In this document: positions 35,881-45,021 of the stretch, in pieces
How positions within the stretch are numbered: the first letter of the stretch is position 1
Layout: every line of letters begins with the position of its first letter
Source: a virus
IMG/VR virus record: IMGVR_UViG_3300045303_000172
Location: 1 to 64,000 of that record
Reading direction: 5' to 3' (one strand)
Length of the DNA: 64,000 nucleotides
Made by a program: the position numbers and the translations under genes
Notes under the pieces: generated by a model
The model's input: the letters and a program-made list of their open reading frames with translations, nothing else
The model's database searches: none
What the model was told of the DNA's origin: nothing

Positions 35881-36566
35881 AGGTCGATGAGGTTTATTGT
35901 TCCGTCGGTCACGCTTTGAAATCCATCTCGCTCAAATCTGCAATTTGCGAGGCTCAGTGAGGTTTCCTGCACGATGGGCTTCTTCAACCCCTCCGCAATA
36001 GCGCACGGGCAGCTCTGGTTTCCAACGAACAAATCCGCGCCCGCAATCACTTCTGCCACTTCGAGCAGGTTCGCCGTTTTGAGCCGTCGCACGTAGCCGA
36101 ACTGGGCGGTAAAGTTCCAATACTCTTCGAGCGTGCCGACAAACGCCGTTTGGTCACGGTATTTGTCCACGACCGCTTGCCACGGAAACAGCGGGTTACG
36201 ATACCTCGCTGTCCGGTTGAAGATCACGCGGGCGACTCGCCGGGGATTTGGAACCGTGAGCCACGGAAGGTTGATCACGTCGTCAGGCAATCCGAACGCT
36301 CGGCAATGGCGCGAGGCGATGTTGTCCTCTTGGGTGCCGACACCGCGAAAGGCGTCGAGGTTGTGGGAGATGTATTCGCCGTCGTGGAGTCCAACGAAGT
36401 TCAGGTAAGGCTGAGTGTTGAGCAGATCGAAAATGTTCCAGAGATTTGGCGGCTGACGCGTCCACGGTGCCGTAGTGAGGTAAAGATCACCGCCACCCAT
36501 GAGGCGAATGCAGGGTAAGGACCAAATTAAATCACCAGCATCCCCGGAATGTGAGAAGGACCGCAT
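35844..36566 (-). CDS. GT9-like glycosyltransferase
   Basis: HSGDAGDLI.SLP, IAGADLFVGNQS...AIAEGLKKP. Confidence 0.75.
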   Translation of the reverse strand: MRSFSHSGDAGDLIWSLPCIRLMGGGDLYLTTAPWTRQPPNLWNIFDLLNTQPYLNFVGLHDGEYISHNLDAFRGVGTQEDNIASRHCRAFGLPDDVINLPWLTVPNPRRVARVIFNRTARYRNPLFPWQAVVDKYRDQTAFVGTLEEYWNFTAQFGYVRRLKTANLLEVAEVIAGADLFVGNQSCPCAIAEGLKKPIVQETSLSLANCRFERDGFQSVTDGTINLIDLCEISQTTRSAA

Positions 36567-36955
36567 TACTTCCCCTTCGCCGAACTTGGTTTGATTATTT
36601 CCTCGATCTTGTCGGCAAGTTCCTTGGCAAGATCAGGCGCAGAATTCCCATACTGGTAACTTCGGAAAGCACTGACTATCCCAGCTGCCATGTCTCGAAG
36701 TTGGGCGTTTCCGGCAGCTTCGATGGTGCGAAAGTCTTCGTTAAAAACCGCCCTTTCAAGATCAAATCCGAGCGCTTTGGCAACAGTTTCGCCGCCTTGT
36801 GCGGCATGGATTTTATCATTAGGTTCAGCACCGTAGGTCGTCGTATGGAGTCTTCCGTGCTCCCGATTCCACGCACAGATAATCACAATCTGTTTATCGA
36901 ACGCCCGTGCGATCTTTCGCGCTTCCTCGACAGGGATTGAAAGGTAAGGATTCAC
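36566..36955 (-). CDS. Hypothetical protein
   Basis: IPV..A..IA..F...IVII.AW...TTYG; coupled. Confidence 0.7.
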   Translation of the reverse strand: MNPYLSIPVEEARKIARAFDKQIVIICAWNREHGRLHTTTYGAEPNDKIHAAQGGETVAKALGFDLERAVFNEDFRTIEAAGNAQLRDMAAGIVSAFRSYQYGNSAPDLAKELADKIEEIIKPSSAKGK

Positions 36956-37215
36956 TTTGATTTGCCCTTCGCCGGAGTCGGCCAGTAGCGCCAGCGGTTT
37001 CCAATTCCGGGCTCGCGCCTCACAAGCCCCAAAGCCCTCAGCCGCTCCAGTCGATTATTGACCGCAGAAACGCCCGCACGCGAATGAACCATCGCGTCGT
37101 ATTCAGGGGCGGTGCGGCCTGGATAGCGCGTGACCAGCGAGAGTTCCCCAAATAGAGCAGGCGTCAAAACCAAATGAGGTTCTGCACCGTTACGTTTGCA
37201 GGTTGGGCAGGTCAC
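36952..37215 (-). CDS. Small winged-helix-like protein
   Basis: SAVNNRLERLRALGLVRRE; promoter TTGCAG-17-AAGAGT-7-GTG at 37251-37223. Confidence 0.65.
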   Translation of the reverse strand: MTCPTCKRNGAEPHLVLTPALFGELSLVTRYPGRTAPEYDAMVHSRAGVSAVNNRLERLRALGLVRREPGIGNRWRYWPTPAKGKSK

Positions 37216-37259
37216 GCGGCGAACTCTTCACCAAAAGGCGTGAGACTGCAAGAAGTATT

Positions 37260-38948
37260 TTAAGCGGGCAACGGATTCTCTTGGTCGAAGTCGTCGAAGA
37301 ACAGCACGATGCTCGTGTCCAAGTTCTCCAACTTCACGTCGTCAATGAGGGGGCCGACTGTTCGCACCCAAGCGCTAATCGGTTCTGGCTGTAGCGCCTT
37401 GATGATAATCGGTGCCGATGTCGAACCCGGTGACGAGAAATCGAAGATGTATTCCGTGAGCGGCTGCTGCCAGTTCGCAACCATAACAGTTTGCACGAGC
37501 AGAGTGCCGATGGTGATCTTGATGCCCATCGGCGGTCCGGCGTAAATCAGGTTGCCGCTGACTTTAAGCGAGAATCGGTAGCGCCCAGGGCCAAGTGTGA
37601 ACGTGCGCTTGGTTTCAATTGTGCCCAGCGTGTTCTTCTCAGCGGGTCGCGGGTGCAACAGATCGGTGCCTACCATGTCCACATACATCCCGTGCCCAGG
37701 CTGGAGCGGCCACAAGTCGATGCCGATCAAGTCCACGAACCCGCGTGTGACATTCCAGTTGATGAACCCGTTGTAGTCCAATTGATCGCGGTAACGCACA
37801 GGGGCAGGCGGGCCTACCACAGGCGCGACGTAGTAGACGCACCCGGCATTCTGAATCGCGCACAAGCTGCTCAGGCAGGCGGAAAAGGCATTGGCCAAAT
37901 CGTTCAGGTCTTCGACCCCGAAGAACAAGTTGCAGGTGACGAGCGCACGGACGTAATCCCAAGTCGTGCCGCCACTCGGGAGAATGGAGCACGGATGGTA
38001 AAAGAACGGCGGACCCGTTACGATCCCGGCAATCTCGATGTTGGCGGCGACAAGTTCAGCAGCGACGACGGGCGGGTCTGGCTGGCAGAACACTTCGTAA
38101 CCGAGCCCGATGTAAACGACCAGCTTGCGGGTGTTCGCTCGCCCGTGATCAATCAACTCCTGGTGCGCTCGCGCCAAGCCGGCGCCGATGCCGGTAGCGC
38201 ACTCGGTATTGTGCTGACCTGGTGCGGTGTCGTAGTAGCAGTTGCCTGTGTGCACATTGTCGGTCGCGGCGAGGATCGCGCTCGGAACATGGCTCAAGCG
38301 CATGTGCAGCGTCGAATCCGGCGTGTAAGGCGTCACTTGGCCTTCCCGGTAGATGCCAGCGCAGGACACAACGGCAATCTGATCTTTGCCGTCCGTGAGG
38401 TAGGCGCTTGATACCAAAGCCGTGGCTGCTCGCTTGGCCAGTTCGAGGATCGTCAATCCGCCCGGTGTCGGGTTGCCATCGGTCGTCATCTTGTCGGCCA
38501 TCCCTGCCGAACGGTCAAACACAAGGACGATATCGAGCCCAGCCTGAACGCAGTGAGCGATCACGTCGAGTTGCGCGATGTCCACCAAACCCTTGTAACG
38601 CGCCTGGACATTGGTGCTGCCGACAGCCAACCCTGCGGCAAGCCCAGTCGGGTCCACGGTCGCAATGCTCGTGTCGGTCGTCGTCCAGGTCGAACCGTCC
38701 GTCACGTCTTTGGTCAGCCCGTTGGAAAAGACCAACTGCGCGGCAAATGGAACGGCACCCCCGACGTCCACTTCGCCAATGTCAGGAACGACGTGCAAGG
38801 AAACGATGCTGGCCGCGCCGGGACACGTCTCGGGATGATTAGCCGCCCATTCCAGGTCGAGACAGCGCGGGTCGATGCCGGCACACTTCCCGGCCACCGT
38901 TGACGGCGGAACGACGCAGGGCGCATTGCTGAGATCGTTGAAATTCAT
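37260..38948 (-). CDS. Virion-module protein with Ig-like (Big_2) and vWA domains
   Basis: KDVT...TWTTTDTSIATVD.TGLA.GL..GST.V.A.Y; LDIVLVFDRSAGM, TGIGAGL..A..EL, RKLVVYI. Confidence 0.8.
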   Translation of the reverse strand: MNFNDLSNAPCVVPPSTVAGKCAGIDPRCLDLEWAANHPETCPGAASIVSLHVVPDIGEVDVGGAVPFAAQLVFSNGLTKDVTDGSTWTTTDTSIATVDPTGLAAGLAVGSTNVQARYKGLVDIAQLDVIAHCVQAGLDIVLVFDRSAGMADKMTTDGNPTPGGLTILELAKRAATALVSSAYLTDGKDQIAVVSCAGIYREGQVTPYTPDSTLHMRLSHVPSAILAATDNVHTGNCYYDTAPGQHNTECATGIGAGLARAHQELIDHGRANTRKLVVYIGLGYEVFCQPDPPVVAAELVAANIEIAGIVTGPPFFYHPCSILPSGGTTWDYVRALVTCNLFFGVEDLNDLANAFSACLSSLCAIQNAGCVYYVAPVVGPPAPVRYRDQLDYNGFINWNVTRGFVDLIGIDLWPLQPGHGMYVDMVGTDLLHPRPAEKNTLGTIETKRTFTLGPGRYRFSLKVSGNLIYAGPPMGIKITIGTLLVQTVMVANWQQPLTEYIFDFSSPGSTSAPIIIKALQPEPISAWVRTVGPLIDDVKLENLDTSIVLFFDDFDQENPLPA

Positions 38949-40558
38949 TTAGTCAGCGCCAAGGTGTCGATGATTGACCCGGCGACATTGAAGAACTCCA
39001 GCGTCAGCGTCGTGCAGGTCGCCGTGAGCTTGATCGCCCCGAAAGAGGCGTCATACCGGACTAGGCTGCCTGGCGCGATGGTGGGACCGTAGGGCACGAG
39101 AGCCGCCCCGCCTGCCCCGCAGATGGCGTAGTTCTGGTCATCCACCGAAAGCCGCTCGTAATGGTGCTCGTGCCCGTTCATCACAATATCAACGCCCTTG
39201 ACCCAATCCAGAACAGGTAATGGCTCATGGGCGTACGGGCTCGCCTTGGCCGGGTGATGGACGACAGCGGCTTTCCACGGTGACAAGGACGTGGCCACGC
39301 GGTTCCTGAACCAAGAGGCCTGTGTGCTCAGGGCATCGTTGCCAGCCGGTTCAGTCGTCGGGTCCATGGCGGTGTTGATGCCGTCATTGAGGATAAAGAA
39401 ATGAATCGGCCCGATTACGATGTCATAGAAACGGTCGTTGCTCGGCGTGAGCCCACTGAAATAGGCGAGATACTCGGCCAGCCGGTCGATGTCGTGGTTG
39501 CCGAGCGCAGGCCAGAACATATTGGCCGTCGCGTCCGTTTCGCCTGCCCAGAGCGGTTCGGAGCCCGGATACGGGTACATGAACTTCCGGTAGAACGCGC
39601 CGACAGCCTGGTCGTAGGTGAGTCCGCCGTTGTCAGGGTAATTATTGTCTCCGAGCGTCACGACACCAGCCGGGTTCCAACTCTTGACGAGGGTCGCCAC
39701 TGCCCGCTCGTTGTCGTCGCCGCTGCCGTAATCGCCAAAAGCAGCAACCACAACCGGCACTTCCGCTGTCTCTGGGTTGTTGTCCTCCAGGCGATGAAAC
39801 CAAAGGTATTCGCGCTCGGCGGGGCACGATTCCGCCTTGGGCAAACGGTTCTCCTGGTCGCAGTCGTAGATCAGATCGGCGCGGGCATCGGCGAAAGCCT
39901 GTTGGAACTCCTTTTTGCCGGCAAAATCGCGTTCGAAGTCTCGAGAGAACTCCGCCTGCACGTAGAGTTTGATCGTGCGCTTCAAGTCCTGCTCGTCCGG
40001 GAACAGGTCAGTGTCCGCGAACTTCCGCTTGAGCCCGTCCCATTCGACGACGACAGATTCGAGGCTCTGGATCCAGGGTGCCACGTACATCCGCTCCCGG
40101 TCCCATGAGTATTGCCCAACGATGGCGCGGCCAAAGGGCGAGTCTGTAGTCGCGTCGGCGAAGCGGAAGCCCATCGGTAGCTCGGGCATCCCGATGTTGG
40201 CCGGCGGAGTCACGCGTTCCAGGAACTTCCGGGACCAACAATAAATCTGCTCGATGGTGGCGGGCGTCAGCGTCACCGGGTCGCAGAAATCGCCTTGGAA
40301 CGTGCGGACCCTGCGGATCTTGCCGCGGGGCTTATCGAACACCGTCAGCCCACATTGGAAGTAAGTGGCGCATTGGGCGAAGACATCGACGTGCCACGAT
40401 TGCAGGCAGGTGACGTACCGCTGGATGTCGATAAAGGCGTCCTCGAAGCTTTTGTCGATGGGTGAAACGAGGTTTTCCGGGACACCGTTCGGCCAGATCA
40501 GAGCTTTCAGCTCAGTCTTGAGTGCTCCGAAGGAGATTTTAGGGCCGAGGTCGTACAC
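38945..40558 (-). CDS. Probable head-tail adaptor fused to calcineurin-like metallophosphoesterase
   Basis: C-terminal GDYG, LGDNNY, LGNHD, HHP, GHEHHYER; adaptor role of the N-terminus is inferred from position only. Confidence 0.8.
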   Translation of the reverse strand: MYDLGPKISFGALKTELKALIWPNGVPENLVSPIDKSFEDAFIDIQRYVTCLQSWHVDVFAQCATYFQCGLTVFDKPRGKIRRVRTFQGDFCDPVTLTPATIEQIYCWSRKFLERVTPPANIGMPELPMGFRFADATTDSPFGRAIVGQYSWDRERMYVAPWIQSLESVVVEWDGLKRKFADTDLFPDEQDLKRTIKLYVQAEFSRDFERDFAGKKEFQQAFADARADLIYDCDQENRLPKAESCPAEREYLWFHRLEDNNPETAEVPVVVAAFGDYGSGDDNERAVATLVKSWNPAGVVTLGDNNYPDNGGLTYDQAVGAFYRKFMYPYPGSEPLWAGETDATANMFWPALGNHDIDRLAEYLAYFSGLTPSNDRFYDIVIGPIHFFILNDGINTAMDPTTEPAGNDALSTQASWFRNRVATSLSPWKAAVVHHPAKASPYAHEPLPVLDWVKGVDIVMNGHEHHYERLSVDDQNYAICGAGGAALVPYGPTIAPGSLVRYDASFGAIKLTATCTTLTLEFFNVAGSIIDTLALTK

Positions 40559-40561
40559 AAA

Positions 40562-40900
40562 TCAGGCTGGCTCGTAAGTCGCTGCAAAGATGCCTGGCTT
40601 GCATGGGTAACGCTCGCCTTTTACTCCGGTAATTACCCAATCGCCCGGGCAGACAATATGTCCACCTTCTAGGGTGTCGATCCAGCCGTGATGTCTCATT
40701 CCTTTAGTGCAGTAGTCGCATGTGAGCTTACCACTCCCATCCGGACGGCGAAAATAACGGACTACGGCTCCTTCTCGCGGCTCAGTTGGATTGTGCCCGG
40801 TATCTTCAAATGGTCGCCAAACATTGTCTTCCGGGTGGTCGCCATTTTTGAACCATTGCGTTGCCTCGACCACTACTGGCTTCTTTCGGAATTTTGCCAT
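40562..40900 (-). CDS. Conserved phage protein of RKKPV..EA.QW / TLEG..PGDW family
   Basis: KFRKKPVVVEATQW...IDTLEGGHIVCPGDWVITGVKGERYPCKP.IF..TYE. Confidence 0.85.
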   Translation of the reverse strand: MAKFRKKPVVVEATQWFKNGDHPEDNVWRPFEDTGHNPTEPREGAVVRYFRRPDGSGKLTCDYCTKGMRHHGWIDTLEGGHIVCPGDWVITGVKGERYPCKPGIFAATYEPA

Positions 40901-40911
40901 GACGTTTTAGG

Positions 40912-41325
40912 CTACGGACGTCGCCCGACGTTCGGGGGCTTGACGGGAGGTTTGGCCGCTGCCGTGGTTGGTGCCGGTGGTGGAGTTGGTTTAGGCACCG
41001 CCGCAGCCGCCGCAGCCGCCCCCGGTTCGCCTGGGTTGTGCCGCTTGAGCATGGTGTCCTGTGCTATGCCCCCGCCAATTTCCTGTCGCCAACCGGGATT
41101 TGATGGCATCGACATTAATTTTTTTTTATCACCTTGATACTCAGTTTCCGTGACGGAGAAAACGCCGCCCCGGTGTTCCTTCTCCAGCTTCGTCAGGGCG
41201 TCGATTTCAGCCTGGTTCTCGGTCTGATAGAAGCCAATCCGACCGTCGCGAGGCTCGAATTGGATATGGGAACCGTCGGGGAGGTAGATGGGTGTTTTGG
41301 GGACTTCTTTTTTCCAAAAGGTCAT
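40912..41325 (-). CDS. Hypothetical virion-module protein
   Basis: Follows capsid-operon terminator; Ala/Pro-rich tail. Confidence 0.7.
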   Translation of the reverse strand: MTFWKKEVPKTPIYLPDGSHIQFEPRDGRIGFYQTENQAEIDALTKLEKEHRGGVFSVTETEYQGDKKKLMSMPSNPGWRQEIGGGIAQDTMLKRHNPGEPGAAAAAAAVPKPTPPPAPTTAAAKPPVKPPNVGRRP

Positions 41326-41370
41326 AAAGGTTTCAAACTTATGCGCCTACGGCTGGCTGTTCGCAAGACT

Positions 41371-41399
41371 AAACGAAAACGGCTGGCCGAAGCCAGCCG
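41371..41399 (-). terminator. Intrinsic terminator after capsid operon
   Basis: CGGCTGGC-TTCG-GCCAGCCG-TTTTCGTTT on minus strand. Confidence 0.85.
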
Positions 41400-41435
41400 C
41401 CCACCTCACACGCTCACACCCAATGAGCGGAAGCT

Positions 41436-41816
41436 TTATGGAACTGGCGGAGCGTTCGTATTGAGCGCGAACCATCTACCTACCAGTGTCCCGGAACTGT
41501 TTGTAATCCCCGGAACCGCAAACACCGTGTTGGCGTTTGTCGTGGTCAGTGCTGTGCCGCTCCAGAGCAGGAAACCACCGCTGCCGTCGTAATTCGTGGA
41601 GCCACCACGGATGAGAGCGGCACCGAATTGAATCGGCGTTGGCCCATCGGCAAGCAACGCGGCAAGGCTCGGGTAAACCGGGAAGGCGTACTGCACCTCC
41701 CGCGGCTGATGCGTGGACGCTGGCTGGGCATCGTTCTTCCGATCCAGTAAACCAGCCATGAGGAAGGCGCAGACTGCGGCCAGCAAGATACCGGCGATCA
41801 ATTTTGGAGTCTTCAT
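41436..41816 (-). CDS. Signal-peptide/TM protein with tailspike-N-like module
   Basis: MKTPKLIAGILLAAVCAFLMAG; RG....DGSGGFLLW...VF......GRW; directly after capsid gene. Confidence 0.7.
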   Translation of the reverse strand: MKTPKLIAGILLAAVCAFLMAGLLDRKNDAQPASTHQPREVQYAFPVYPSLAALLADGPTPIQFGAALIRGGSTNYDGSGGFLLWSGTALTTTNANTVFAVPGITNSSGTLVGRWFALNTNAPPVP

Positions 41817-41854
41817 AGATTCTACTTAGATGCTAGTTAGGGGCTAATTGAGTT

Positions 41855-43585
41855 TTAGGCCGTGTAAGTGATGCTGGAGAAGTTCTCCGTCCAATCGCTG
41901 TTGAGCGGGCACTCTACGATCATCGTCTGAATCTCGCTCGTCGCGGTCGTCCGAATCGTCGGGTTCTCCATGACGCAGGCGAAACTGGCGTCCAATTTGG
42001 CCAACTGTTCGATTTGTCCAGTCTCATACACCTTGCGGTTGGACCCGAGCACGGCGGGATAAATCGAGCCGCCCTTGCCGATGTCCAAGGCGAGCAGGAA
42101 GCGCCCGCGCGAGGATTGCTGGCCGGTCGATAGGTTGGTGAACGTGTTCAGCAGGTCGTCGAAGAACTCGTGCGTGATGATGTTCACAGTGACGCCCAGC
42201 GGGCGATAGAGACGGAAGCTTCTCCATTGGAAACCCCATTCGTTCTGTCCTTCACTCATCGTGTACGGCATCGCGTGTTGGCCGGAATCGCCAGCGACAT
42301 TGATGCGGACGATATCGCCCAGCTTGCCCTTCGAGTAAGCGATGAACGCCACCATGAACTGATCGCTCGTGATGGAATCGCAGTAAACGTCGATGCTGCG
42401 CGACGGGCGCCCTTGCGAGGTGCGCGCGCGGTAAACGTCGTAAATCCGTTCCTCGGCCCATGTCCGAATGTTGAGCGCCTGGCCCTGCAAATCGTTCACC
42501 CGGTTGCACGCCTGCATCTGCGGGTAAATGCCGATCATGTTCGCCCGGTAAGCCTGGAGCAGTCCGCCCGTTCCCGGGTCGATGGAAGCACCGCTCAAAC
42601 TGAGAATCTGCGGCAAGCTGGTCCAGAACGGCGAACCTTCCAACCGTTGCGCGAGCGCGTAGGGACGCCCGAAGAACCACGTGTTGACCATCTGTTTCTG
42701 GTCGTTCAATTCGTCCTGGCGATTGCGTTCGGCGAGTGGGATATCCTGGAACTGCGCGAACCACTCGTTGTCTTCCATGAGTTTCTGAAAAACTTCCATG
42801 TAACTCGAATCGACCCGGCGCATCCGCCGGCGGGGTTGGTACCAATAGGGGACGAACTTGGTCGGGTTAACGTTGACTGGGTTGTAGCAGTACTTCTCGA
42901 CGTCGTTGATGTTGTTCACGCCGACGAGGACAACGCCAGTTACCGGCGTCTCGTCTACCGTGGTCGTGTCGGAGCTGTTCAAGTCGTAGAGCCCGATGTC
43001 CACGTAATCGCCGCCACTGGAAACGACAGCTTCGACGACGCCCCACTGGCCCATGAGCGAGCTGCCTCCGCCCGACAGGTTCAAAATGTAAATCTGATGC
43101 TTCGGCAGGAAATACTTGGCATCGAGCGGCACGCCGTAGCCTGCGACCACGCGGATAACGCGGTCCACACCGCTGACAGTGCTCAAGGGCCCGGTGGTGC
43201 CTGGCGTGTAAGAGCCAGCGGCAAAGCCTGTAACGATCACCCAGTAGTCCTGGTTCACGACCGACATCTGCCGGCCCATGATGAACGGCTGGATGAGGGA
43301 AGAACCTTTGTCGCGTTTGACGGTTTGGAGCAGTTTGCCCATGCCGGGCCGGTTGCTCGACATGATCCAGTCGTAAAGACCGAACCGGCGCACGCCGCAT
43401 GCGGCCATTTCAAACTGGGTCCGCAGCATGGCCGTCATTTCGTGCCACTGCGTACCGTCGGTGAAGAGGGCTTTGACCTGAGTCGGCGTCAGCCCTTTGA
43501 TCGTGGATTTCGTGAGGGACCCCGTGGTGTCATAGTTGTTGGTGATGGCTATGTCACACGCGGCCGCAAAAGGAGTAGCTGGCAT
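41855..43585 (-). CDS. Major capsid protein
   Basis: 576 aa after scaffold; strong codon bias; WFFG and NIITHEFF patterns; terminator downstream. Confidence 0.75.
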   Translation of the reverse strand: MPATPFAAACDIAITNNYDTTGSLTKSTIKGLTPTQVKALFTDGTQWHEMTAMLRTQFEMAACGVRRFGLYDWIMSSNRPGMGKLLQTVKRDKGSSLIQPFIMGRQMSVVNQDYWVIVTGFAAGSYTPGTTGPLSTVSGVDRVIRVVAGYGVPLDAKYFLPKHQIYILNLSGGGSSLMGQWGVVEAVVSSGGDYVDIGLYDLNSSDTTTVDETPVTGVVLVGVNNINDVEKYCYNPVNVNPTKFVPYWYQPRRRMRRVDSSYMEVFQKLMEDNEWFAQFQDIPLAERNRQDELNDQKQMVNTWFFGRPYALAQRLEGSPFWTSLPQILSLSGASIDPGTGGLLQAYRANMIGIYPQMQACNRVNDLQGQALNIRTWAEERIYDVYRARTSQGRPSRSIDVYCDSITSDQFMVAFIAYSKGKLGDIVRINVAGDSGQHAMPYTMSEGQNEWGFQWRSFRLYRPLGVTVNIITHEFFDDLLNTFTNLSTGQQSSRGRFLLALDIGKGGSIYPAVLGSNRKVYETGQIEQLAKLDASFACVMENPTIRTTATSEIQTMIVECPLNSDWTENFSSITYTA

Positions 43586-43656
43586 ATTGCTCGACTGGCC
43601 TCAGCTACCGCCCCAACGATAGGGACGCTCAAGCAGCATTGGCCTTTCGAGCAATT

Positions 43657-45015
43657 CTAAGTGGCGAACAAGGACTCAGTTATCTTTTTCGCATCCGAAG
43701 GGTTGATGATGGCATCCGCTCCGCCACGGGTGCCGTCACTTGCGCCACCCGAAGTGTTCGGAAACTCCTTTTTACCCTTGTCCTTCGGCGGTTCCTTGGT
43801 CTTTTCCTCTTTCGGCTTTGGCGTCCCATTTCCTGCCGGATCGGCTGCGGGTTTGCCTGCTTTTGAGCGATACAAGGTCAAATCTTCCCTGGCTTTAGCA
43901 GAAAAATCGCGCACGAGCAGCGCCCGGACGGCGTTTGGCTCCATCCAGATCGTCCAGTGCTTGGACTTCTGTTCGGGCGTCATTTTGTTGAACTCTTCGA
44001 TGGGCGCGAGCACGCGGCCATTGGACAGGCGATCCTTTTCCGGGAGCGCCAACAACTCATTCTCGTACCCGTAGATCGTTTGCATCAGGGTAACGTGCAG
44101 CGGGTTATTGTCGCTGAATTGGTAGTTCAAGCCTGGCGTGAATGCTTTAGTCAGTTCCGCCGTCATTGCCGCCAGCGCCGGGACATACGGCCGGATGGCC
44201 GCATCAGCCAGCGGGTCTTCCTCGCGCAGTTTCTTAGGCTCGATCTTCGCCAGTTCGCCGTCCGTCTCTTTCAAAAGCTCCTTGGTCACATCGTCCTGGT
44301 GATTGGCCAGCTTGGCTGTGACGGCTTTAACGGCTTCGGCGTGCATCCGTTTGGCCTCGCCGTGCGACAGAACCTTCTCGGCTTCCTGCCGTGCTTCCAG
44401 CCGGTTCTGGGCGCGGTCGAAAGCGGCTTGGTCGGCCTCGGTCTGAATCGGGTCGTTGGCCTTGTAAAAGTCGGCGTGCGCTTCGTTGGTCGGGTCGTAG
44501 GATTCACCGGGGTTGGCCTTCTCCCAACGCTCGCGGTAATTCTTCTCGGCGGGAATGAAAGCGTCGAACCGTTTCAGCAGCCGGCCGAACTCCGGTTGTT
44601 CCTGCGCCATGAACGCGAGCACGTCCCGGTTGCGCTGGTCATCAGCAGAAAGCTCTGGCTCCTTGGTCGCCTCCGCCTTGGCTGGTTTCATCCGGTCAGC
44701 CACGCGATCGGCAATCTCGTCAGCCGTCGGGGTCTTGGCTGGCTTCGCGGGTGCGGCGGCAGCAGCTTCCGCGGCTTTCTTGTCCGCTTCCACTTTGTCC
44801 GCAGCGGCTTTGTCGTCGGCAGCTTTCTTATCGGCAGCCGCCTTGGTTTCCTCGGCGGCTTTGGCAGCGGCTTCGGCATCAGCCTTTTCTTTGGCCTTTT
44901 CCTCGTCGGTCTTGGTGGGTGCGCCGAAAAGAACTTCGCTCGCTTTGGAGGCGAGCTCGTTAATTTCCTTCTCTGTCAGTTGGTCTTCTTTGGGTTCTGC
45001 GGTGGCTGTGGCCAT
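43657..45015 (-). CDS. Capsid scaffolding protein
   Basis: E/K/A-rich helical protein between portal and capsid. Confidence 0.75.
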   Translation of the reverse strand: MATATAEPKEDQLTEKEINELASKASEVLFGAPTKTDEEKAKEKADAEAAAKAAEETKAAADKKAADDKAAADKVEADKKAAEAAAAAPAKPAKTPTADEIADRVADRMKPAKAEATKEPELSADDQRNRDVLAFMAQEQPEFGRLLKRFDAFIPAEKNYRERWEKANPGESYDPTNEAHADFYKANDPIQTEADQAAFDRAQNRLEARQEAEKVLSHGEAKRMHAEAVKAVTAKLANHQDDVTKELLKETDGELAKIEPKKLREEDPLADAAIRPYVPALAAMTAELTKAFTPGLNYQFSDNNPLHVTLMQTIYGYENELLALPEKDRLSNGRVLAPIEEFNKMTPEQKSKHWTIWMEPNAVRALLVRDFSAKAREDLTLYRSKAGKPAADPAGNGTPKPKEEKTKEPPKDKGKKEFPNTSGGASDGTRGGADAIINPSDAKKITESLFAT

Positions 45016-45021
45016 AGGGTG

